This document shows positions 56,632-64,000 of a DNA stretch of 64,000 nt, one piece after another. The translations under genes were made by a program, and so were the position numbers. The notes beneath the pieces are model-generated. The model searched no databases. It saw only the letters and a program-made list of their open reading frames with translations, and was not told where the DNA came from. Position 1 is the first letter of the stretch; every line of letters begins with the position of its first letter. The DNA is from Parcubacteria group bacterium (lineage in GTDB: Bacteria; Patescibacteriota; Minisyncoccia; Phycocordibacterales; UBA2135). Location: NCBI GenBank assembly GCA_016176785.1, contig JACOWN010000007.1:6970-70969 (forward strand), read 5' to 3'.

Positions 56632-57078
56632 TCACTCGCTTTTTTTGATGCGCAGCATGAAGCGCGCCGTCCGTTCCCCGCGACGCACGAAAATCTCATA
56701 CTCCCCTATTTCTTTGAGAGGAGACGGCAGGTCTATGTCGCCCGCGTTGAGCTCCATTCCTTTTTCTTGTTTCACCGCCGCCGCGATCTCCTCGGCGTCA
56801 ACTCCGGCAAAAAGATGCCCGCGTTCATTTGCTTTCGCCGCGAGCGTTACCACTCCCCCGTCAAGCGAAACGAGCGCCGCTTCAAACGCCTCTTCCGTTT
56901 TTGCGTGCCCTTGCGCGGCCGCTTTTTTCAAATGCTCAACATTTTTTATTGCAGCCGGTGTTGCATACGCCGCTTTTTTTTGCGGCACAAGAACGTTCCG
57001 CGCATAACCGTCGGCGACCCAAACGACGTCGTGTTTACGGCCGATTTTCGGGACATCGGTCAGAAGAATGAGCTTCAT
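56632..57078 (-). CDS. rplI: 50S ribosomal protein L9
   Basis: MK.ILL.DV...G, V.DGYARN.L.P, G.LF. Confidence 0.94.
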   Translation of the reverse strand: MKLILLTDVPKIGRKHDVVWVADGYARNVLVPQKKAAYATPAAIKNVEHLKKAAAQGHAKTEEAFEAALVSLDGGVVTLAAKANERGHLFAGVDAEEIAAAVKQEKGMELNAGDIDLPSPLKEIGEYEIFVRRGERTARFMLRIKKSE

Positions 57079-57092
57079 AGTTTAACATCATT

Positions 57093-57117
57093 TTGTTCAA
57101 CACCCGATGTTGAACAA
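57093..57117. repeat. 25-bp palindrome, copy 2 (between rplI start and ctpA stop)
   Basis: TTGTTCAACACCCGATGTTGAACAA. Confidence 0.9.
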
Positions 57118-57125
57118 TTTTAATT

Positions 57126-58409
57126 TTAATTATCGCCTGCCTGCGCCGCGCTCCGTGACGCGGCGGGCGATCCGACCAACAACCCCACCGCCCTTTCCAT
57201 CTGCGGGTCTTTTTTTGCCTCGCGGTCCTTTTCAGTCATTGTGACTTTGTATTGCGGAGTGAGCCCGCTTTTTGAAATTATCGTCCCCTTAGGGGTTTTC
57301 CAATGCGCAACGGTAAGCTTTAAGGATGTATCGGGGGTGATTTTTATTAATTCCTGCACCGACCCCTTGCCGAACGTTTGCTCGCCGACAAGCGTTGCCG
57401 TTCCGTGCTCCGAGAGGGCGCCGGCAACAATTTCCGACGCCGAAGCGGAACCCCCGTCAACAAGAATCGCCATTTTCAGTTTGTCGGTAAAAATATCGTA
57501 CCCCTTGCTCCGATACATGACGTTTAAATCCGCCTTGTGCGGCCCGAAATCTTCCGAGACGACAATGGCTCCTGACGGGAGGAACCAACTTGCGATATCA
57601 ACCGCCGCCTCAAGAAACCCGCCGGGATTGCCGCGCATGTCAAGAATAAGTTTATCGTTGCCGGAAAGGACAAACTCACGGAGCGCTTCACGGAACAGCC
57701 GCGGCGACTGTGCGGAGAAGTTATACAATTTGATGACAAAAACGCCGTCCGGCAGCTCTTCTGTATCAATGGTCGGGATGACGATAACGTCGCGGACGAC
57801 CTTGATCTCAAACGGCTCCTCGCGCTCTTTGCGCGAAAGCAAAAGCGTCACCGTGGTCCCTATTTCGCCGCGGATCAGCCGCACCGCCTTTTCAACGCTC
57901 ATATCGGCCGTAAGCGCATCGTCAATTTTAAGGATGATGTCTCCCGCCTGTATGCCCGCGCGCGCCGCCGGCGTGTTTTTAAGCGGAGCGATCACCGTCA
58001 GGGCCTTGTCGCGAATGCCGATCTCCATACCGACGCCGCCAAAATTGCCGTTGATGTTCTCTTCAAACATGCTGGCATCGGCGGGCGGCAAGAAGACCGA
58101 GTACGGGTCGCCAAGCGACGCCACAAGCCCTTGGATGGCGCCCCAGACCTTGTCTTGAGCCGTAATTTCGGTTGACGTGCCGTTTGCGGGCGTATATTTC
58201 TCGTCAATGGCATTCCATGCTTTCCAAAACGGCGCAAAGTCAATTTTTTCGGACGGCGCGACCGTCGGCGGCATCGTGCCGACGAGCGCGGTGATCTTTG
58301 CGACTTCCGGACGGTTGCCGTAGCCGAAATAGACGCCGGTAATGAACGCGGCGGCAATGATGACAACGGATATGCCGATGAGAACGGGAGTTCTGTTGGC
58401 GCGATACAT
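57126..58409 (-). CDS. ctpA: C-terminal processing protease (S41) with PDZ
   Basis: DPYS, GVG.EI, D.RGNPGG, SASASEI, FGKGSVQ. Confidence 0.93.
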   Translation of the reverse strand: MYRANRTPVLIGISVVIIAAAFITGVYFGYGNRPEVAKITALVGTMPPTVAPSEKIDFAPFWKAWNAIDEKYTPANGTSTEITAQDKVWGAIQGLVASLGDPYSVFLPPADASMFEENINGNFGGVGMEIGIRDKALTVIAPLKNTPAARAGIQAGDIILKIDDALTADMSVEKAVRLIRGEIGTTVTLLLSRKEREEPFEIKVVRDVIVIPTIDTEELPDGVFVIKLYNFSAQSPRLFREALREFVLSGNDKLILDMRGNPGGFLEAAVDIASWFLPSGAIVVSEDFGPHKADLNVMYRSKGYDIFTDKLKMAILVDGGSASASEIVAGALSEHGTATLVGEQTFGKGSVQELIKITPDTSLKLTVAHWKTPKGTIISKSGLTPQYKVTMTEKDREAKKDPQMERAVGLLVGSPAASRSAAQAGDN

Positions 58410-58498
58410 AGGGACATTATCGCAGAAGCGCTCGTTGTGGTCAAACCCGCTTCACGATATAATGTTACGTGATACGCCGCTACCCGTGTTACGTAAAA

Positions 58499-58523
58499 TT
58501 GTTCAACACCCGATGTTGAACAA
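58499..58523. repeat. 25-bp palindrome, copy 3 (ctpA/corA divergent intergenic region)
   Basis: TTGTTCAACACCCGATGTTGAACAA. Confidence 0.9.
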
Positions 58524-58546
58524 AATAGTAATCGCCGCAATATTTT

Positions 58547-59461
58547 ATGTTCAAAAAACATACCTACGATTCCCTGACCTGGATTGATCTTGAGTCGCCG
58601 ACCAAGGATGACACGCGCGCGCTCATAGAGGAGTTCGGCATCCACTCGCTCGTCGCCGACGAGCTGCTCTCCCCCACCCTGCGCTCCCGCGTTGAAACGC
58701 ACGGAGATTATATTTTTCTCATTCTGCATTTTCCGACCGTTATGCATTCCCACGGGGGCCGCACGGAGCAGGAAATTGATTTTATCGTCGGAAAACATTT
58801 TATCGTTACGGCGCACTACGAACCCGTCGATGCGCTTGATGAGTTTTCAAAGCTTTTTGAGATCAATTCCGTTATCGGCGCGAACGCGGGCAAAATGCAC
58901 GCCGGATTTCTTTTCTTTCATATGGCGCGCGAGCTGTACAAACAGGCGTCCGACGAGCTTGACCACATGCGAAAAGAACTCACCCGCATTGAAGAGAGCA
59001 TTTTTCGGGGCGAAGAACACGCGATGGTCCAGTCCTTGTCGCGCATCGGCCGCAAGCTGCTTACTTTTAAGCGCGCCGTGAGGCCGCACCGCGAAGTGCT
59101 TGAATCGTTTGCGTCAGTCGGCGCAAAACTTTTCGGAAAAGAGTTTGCCTATTATCTTCATGCCATAACCGGCGAACAGTATAAAATTTTCTCCGCGCTT
59201 GAAAGCGACATTGACACGCTTGATGCGCTTCGGGCCACCAACGACTCGCTTCTCTCCACCAAGACGAACGACATCATGCGCGTCCTCACCATCATGGCGT
59301 TCGTCACGTTCCCGCTCGTGCTCGTCACCTCGGTTTTCGGCATGAATACGGCGTATCTTCCCGTCGTCGGTCTGCCGAACGACTTTTGGATCATTGTCGG
59401 TTTCATGGTCGCGGCAACCATCGGCTTTTTCCTCTTCTTCAAATCCAAGAAGTGGCTGTAA
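58547..59461 (+). CDS. corA: CorA-family Mg2+ transporter
   Basis: WIDL..PT, N.IMRVLT, FGMN, two C-terminal TM. Confidence 0.93.
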   Translation: MFKKHTYDSLTWIDLESPTKDDTRALIEEFGIHSLVADELLSPTLRSRVETHGDYIFLILHFPTVMHSHGGRTEQEIDFIVGKHFIVTAHYEPVDALDEFSKLFEINSVIGANAGKMHAGFLFFHMARELYKQASDELDHMRKELTRIEESIFRGEEHAMVQSLSRIGRKLLTFKRAVRPHREVLESFASVGAKLFGKEFAYYLHAITGEQYKIFSALESDIDTLDALRATNDSLLSTKTNDIMRVLTIMAFVTFPLVLVTSVFGMNTAYLPVVGLPNDFWIIVGFMVAATIGFFLFFKSKKWL

Positions 59462-59515
59462 CTTGAGTTTTGAGTTTTTAACGCCCCGTTCCCTACAATC
59501 TAAAAACCGGCGGCT

Positions 59516-60853
59516 ATGACCATTTTTCTCCACAACACTCTTACTCGCCAAAAGGAAGAATTTAAACCGCTGAAGCGGGGCGCCATTTCAATGTACCACT
59601 GCGGGCCGACGGTCTATGATGCGGCGCACATCGGGAACCTGCGTTCATTCGTGTTTGCCGACACGCTCCGGCGCGTTATGGAATACAACGGCTACGCCGT
59701 GAAGCAGGTGATGAACATTACGGATGTCGACGACAAAACCATCAAGCGCGCGGCGGAAGAGCGCGTTCCCCTCTCCGAGCTGACCGCCCGCTATGAAAAA
59801 GCGTTTTTGTCCGATGCAGATGCACTGCTCATTAAACGCCCCGGCACAATGCCGCGCGCGACGGAACATATCAACGAGATGGTCGCTTTGATCGAGCGCT
59901 TGCTTGAACGGGGCCTTGCGTACAGAGGAGAAGACGGCTCAATTTACTTTGACATCTCCAAGGACCCGCACTATGGCGAACTGGTAAACCTTGAAAAACA
60001 GGAACTCAAGGAAAGTGTCCGCGTATCCTCCGATGAATACAGCAAGGAAGAACCGCGCGACTTTGTTCTTTGGAAGGCATGGCAGAAATCGGACGGGGAT
60101 ATCTTCTGGGAGACATCTCTCGGGAAGGGGCGTCCGGGGTGGCATATAGAATGTTCGGCAATGTCCATGAAGTATCTGGGGGAGCGGTTTGATATCCACA
60201 CGGGCGGCATTGACCTCGCCTTCCCCCACCACACGAATGAGATCGCGCAATCGGGCGGTCATTTGGCGAACTACTGGCTCCATAACGAGCACCTACTGGT
60301 TGACGGCAAAAAAATGGCGAAATCGGCGGGTAATTTTTTGACGCTCAAAGATATCACCGAAAAGGGCTTTACTCCCCTCGCTCTTCGCTATTGGTTCCTG
60401 CAGGCGCACTATCGCACGCCGGCAAATTTCACCTGGGACGCGCTGGAAGCGGCGCAAAATGCCCTTAACAAACTTTACGACCATTTTTATGATACCGCTG
60501 AAACAGAAGATGCGTCCGTAATACCCAAGGCGCATTTTGAAGAAGCAGTAAACGACGACCTCAACACCCCCCTTGCCCTTGCGGAACTGTGGGATGTCGT
60601 GCGGGACCGCAACCTAAGCGGCGGAGTAAAACGAAAAATAATGCTCGATTTTGACCGTGCCTTGGGGTTGGGCTTTGCACAGCTTGGAGAGAAGCATTAT
60701 ATCCCCGATAACGTGCAAGCTCTTATAAATAAACGCGCCCAAGCGCGCGCGGAAGAAAATTGGGGGTATGCGGATGAATTGCGTGAGAAAATAAACAAAA
60801 TGGGTTACAAAGTGGAGGATACTCCCGACGGACAAAAAGTCCGTCCCCTTTAG
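59516..60853 (+). CDS. cysS: Cysteinyl-tRNA synthetase
   Basis: CGPTVY, HIGN, GRPGWHIECS, KMAKS. Confidence 0.97.
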   Translation: MTIFLHNTLTRQKEEFKPLKRGAISMYHCGPTVYDAAHIGNLRSFVFADTLRRVMEYNGYAVKQVMNITDVDDKTIKRAAEERVPLSELTARYEKAFLSDADALLIKRPGTMPRATEHINEMVALIERLLERGLAYRGEDGSIYFDISKDPHYGELVNLEKQELKESVRVSSDEYSKEEPRDFVLWKAWQKSDGDIFWETSLGKGRPGWHIECSAMSMKYLGERFDIHTGGIDLAFPHHTNEIAQSGGHLANYWLHNEHLLVDGKKMAKSAGNFLTLKDITEKGFTPLALRYWFLQAHYRTPANFTWDALEAAQNALNKLYDHFYDTAETEDASVIPKAHFEEAVNDDLNTPLALAELWDVVRDRNLSGGVKRKIMLDFDRALGLGFAQLGEKHYIPDNVQALINKRAQARAEENWGYADELREKINKMGYKVEDTPDGQKVRPL

Positions 60854-60899
60854 CCGCTGTCCCGCTTGCTCCCTTTCGCCCTTTTAATTATTGCTTGTC

Positions 60900-61178
60900 T
60901 TATTTTCCCAATGCGGCTTCAACGACAAGCATTTTATCTTCAAGCCGTTCCAGGCGGTTGTTGTGGTCGCGCAAAAGAAGGTTTTCAATGCGGTCAAGGC
61001 GTGTTTTCACTTCTCCCATGTCTGCTTTGACCCCCCTTATATCTGCTTTCACCCCCCTTATATCTGCCTTGACCCCATCCATATCAACTTTTGATGCGGT
61101 TTCTTCAAATCCTCGTGCGGTCATCTCCGCCAGAGCGTCTATCTTAGCAATTATTTTGGTGTTGGATTCTTCCGCCAT
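60900..61178 (-). CDS. Small coiled-coil protein with heptad tandem repeats
   Basis: (GVKADIR)n encoded by 21-nt repeats 61021-61076; leaderless-type -10 upstream. Confidence 0.75.
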   Translation of the reverse strand: MAEESNTKIIAKIDALAEMTARGFEETASKVDMDGVKADIRGVKADIRGVKADMGEVKTRLDRIENLLLRDHNNRLERLEDKMLVVEAALGK

Positions 61179-61219
61179 AACAATAATGTAACGTACTCAA
61201 AATTGAGCCGCAAGCTCTG

Positions 61220-64000
61220 TTATGTCTGCGGCGTCGTCGTTGCGACTACGTTGACCGTTCTCGCCGCCTCTGCCGCCGCATTCCCCGCGGCGTCGGTTAC
61301 GTTGTAGCGGACGGTGTAGGCGCCGAGCGTCGCCGCATCAACGGGGTTCGTTACAACAATCTGCGCCGTGATGTCTCCGTCGGTATCGTCTGTTGCGGTG
61401 GCGCCTGCATCAGCGTAGGTGTCACCTTGCAGCATCTCCACCGTGCTTGAGCCGACGAGCGTGATCAAGGGCGGTGTCGTATCCGTCGCCTGCTCGCCGC
61501 CGCCTACGATCACGGTTCTGGTTGATGTCGCCGTGTTCCCCGCGTTGTCGGTTGCGACATAGGAAACGGTGTGCGTTGCGGCGACGGACGTGTCAAGCGC
61601 GACCGCGCTCGTAAAGACGCCGTCAAGGTAGGTCTGATAGCCCAAGTTTGAGTCCACATTGTCCGTTACCGTCGCGCCGTTGTCCGAATACGCCATGCCG
61701 AGCGCGATTTCCGCCGGATTTGCGCCGACAACGATGATGACGGGAGGCGTCGTATCGGTCGTTTGTTCCGCGCCCGCTCCGGCGTTTGAGTTTATATTTG
61801 CGTTCGCAAGCAACGCTTGCAACTGGTTCTCGTTGATACACGTGCTTCCGATGCAAAATTGGTCGCTCACGGTAATCCTCTGCGTGAAAATATCCGTAAA
61901 CGCGTTCGTTGCGGCCGCGATGCCGCTTGCGACTTGTTGTTCCAGCGTTTCAACCTTCTTCACGAGTTCTTGAAATGCAGAGAGAAGCGAGGTAACGAGT
62001 TTGTAAAGGTCAACCCCCTTACCGCCTTTGGCGAGAATTTCCTCCGGCGCTTCTTCCGCGATAAGCCCCAGCCGTTTCGGGTCGGTATCGTCATCGGTAT
62101 TGTAACGATAGGTTGCAACCCCGATGTTTTTTATCTTTTCAAAAAGCGATTCCTTCGCGGCTTCGTTGATATACGAGATGTCTTTTTTGCTTTCTTGCGT
62201 TGAAATGTTGACGAACGATTGTGCCGCAACATCTCCTATGACGTGGAGCGCGTATTCCGGCGTTGTCGTTCCGATGCCGATCCGCCCGCTTGCGTCAATG
62301 TAAAGCGACGGCGTTGAAGTTGGCGCAAGAAGCGTGCTTATCGCCGCCTCGCGCTGCTGCGTCTAGGACGACAGGTAATTGAAGAACACGGGGCGGAGTT
62401 GCATCACCTCGGCAAGCCCGTAATCCAAGTCGGCGACGTTCTCCTTATAGCGAAGCGATGAGGACGAATTGCAGTCGTTTGAGGTATTGACGCGGATTTC
62501 ACCCGTCGCGCTTGACCAGCACACGTCATCCTCTATGGTAGTTCCTGTCTCAAGCCCCGTCGCAAACATGTTGCCGTTGACATCAATTTTCATTTTTTCG
62601 GTAAAGGTAATGGTATTGCCCGCAGACCCGCTCCCTGCGGTGCGAAATATGTAACTGGCGGCGCCGTCTAAATAAACCTGTGAAGCGGCGGCGGTTTCTT
62701 TGTAAAGCCATGCGGTACCGTTGTAAAGTGCGTTCTGTCCCAAAAATGTCTCGTCGGAAACCCCCGCCAAGCCCGTCCTGTCGCCTATATCAAGTGCCGG
62801 GGTATTTGTCCACTGGCCATTCGGCACCACTCCGATGCCCAAGACACCAGTGCTTGTAATTCTCACCTTTTCCGCCATGGCTCCGTCAAGCATAGTGGCA
62901 AACACAAGTGCGGAATCACGCGTTGAAGCCGTGGATGTCCACTCTACTTCTTTTGCGGAAAAGACGCCTCCGGCGGTTCGTGAAGCACCCCCCGTATCCG
63001 CGAAAAAGAAACCATACCCGGCGATGCCGTTCACGGAGAATGTCGCGCTCGGCGAGGTTGTCCCAATGCCCAAGTTCCCGCTTGAATCAAGGCGCATGAC
63101 CTCGGTGCGCCCGCCCGCTTGGTGGTTTATGAACGCGAGTTCTGTTCCCCCCGATTCGCGGATTGACGAGATGCGGGATGATTTTGTTGCCGCCGTGCCG
63201 TGGTAGAAAATGAGGTCGGCGGTCGTGTTTTCTCCTGTACTCTTATTCTCTATGATGAGCGCGGGCGGCAGGTTCACGCCGTCCGAGGCGGTGTAGGTGA
63301 GCGCGCTCGTCGTTGCCGCGTGGAGGATGCCGTAGGTTTCCGTTGGTGAGTCAATCGCGATTTTCCCGTTGTCAAATATCGTGAGGATTTCTTTGTTGTT
63401 CGCGTCCGCGATTGCGAGTGTGCGTCCGGTTGAAACGCCCGCGCCGTTCACGGAGAATGTCGCGCTCGGCGAGGTTGTCCCAATGCCCAAGTTCCCGCTT
63501 GAATCAAGAGGTGCTTCCCCCGCGGTCAATCATCTGAAGCGTCCGCCCGATACCGACATCCCCCGCGACCATAACATACGGGCTGTTGAACGCCTGCGTC
63601 GTCGTCGTGCCGACGAGCAGATTGCCGTCAGATGTAATTCTCATCTTTTCACCCGCAGTTGCGTTAAGTGCGGCGGCAAAGACCATCGCAGAATCTCTTG
63701 TGGAGCCGGTGGTTGTCCACTCCTGTTCCTTCCGCACGAAAATCCCGCCTGCGTTTCTTTCGTTACCGGAAGTATCGGCAAGGCGGAAACCCAATGCCGC
63801 AAAATTATTCGTCGCCGCAGTAGTATCGTAGTTTGAAATGAAAGAAGCGACTCCGGTGAAATCGACGGCTCCCGTTTCAGTTCCGTCCCTCCTGACTTCA
63901 AGGCGTGAAGCGGGACTCGTGTCTCCGATGCCGACGTTGCCCGCATTGTCAATAATGAACGGCGTCTGGTCGGGTGATGTGTCATCCTCCACCAAAAACG
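61220..64000 (-). pseudogene. Large modular surface/fibre-like protein (G.IGIGT..P repeats, two S74 intramolecular chaperone-like domains, two C-terminal DUF5011-type Ig-like domains); interrupted, 5' end outside window
   Basis: Frame open 61220-62362 (ISTQESKKDI..LGLIAEE..GVDLY); in-frame TAG 62365-62363; frameshift near 63510; DTTPP.I.L.G repeats. Confidence 0.8.
63026..63508. repeat. 66-bp exact direct repeat (63026-63091 and 63443-63508)
   Basis: Encodes LDSSGNLGIGTTSPSATFSVNG twice. Confidence 0.9.

Noticed and set aside
62363-62365. TAG readthrough or recoded genetic code
   Set aside because: TAG, TGA and TAA all end conserved genes normally here, and half of the S74 domain is missing at this point, which fits a deletion junction.

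Overview
Chromosomal segment of a small-genome bacterium that looks like Patescibacteria/CPR, most likely Parcubacteria. This is inferred from gene content and order (two mreB, split dcw cluster, short L13, archaeal-type AspRS, FtsA-like plus baseplate-J-like pair) and from the presence of L9. About 85% is housekeeping: peptidoglycan and division genes, six aminoacyl-tRNA synthetases, the alpha operon running into rplM-rpsI, grpE-dnaK-dnaJ and scpAB. I saw no rRNA, tRNA, CRISPR array, integrase or reverse transcriptase. The most unusual locus is 20.1-22.5 kb, two tandem DUF5701-like cassettes with divergent bodies. They share a structured 5' leader, a codon-identical C-terminal scaffold with hypervariable intervening codons, an identical 3' tail with hairpins and a 50-bp terminal direct repeat, which resembles remote targets of a diversity-generating retroelement. 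Other signals: a recurrent DnaA-box plus AAGGAC(C/G)GTCCTT module at four loci, a 25-bp palindrome in three identical copies, pervasive leaderless-type promoters on core genes versus self-contained Shine-Dalgarno-bearing orphan cassettes, a 49-codon NYC-biased membrane segment, a 600-aa orphan with a C2H2 zinc finger, and a broken modular S74/Ig-like surface-protein gene at the right edge. Family names come from motif recognition, not database searches.
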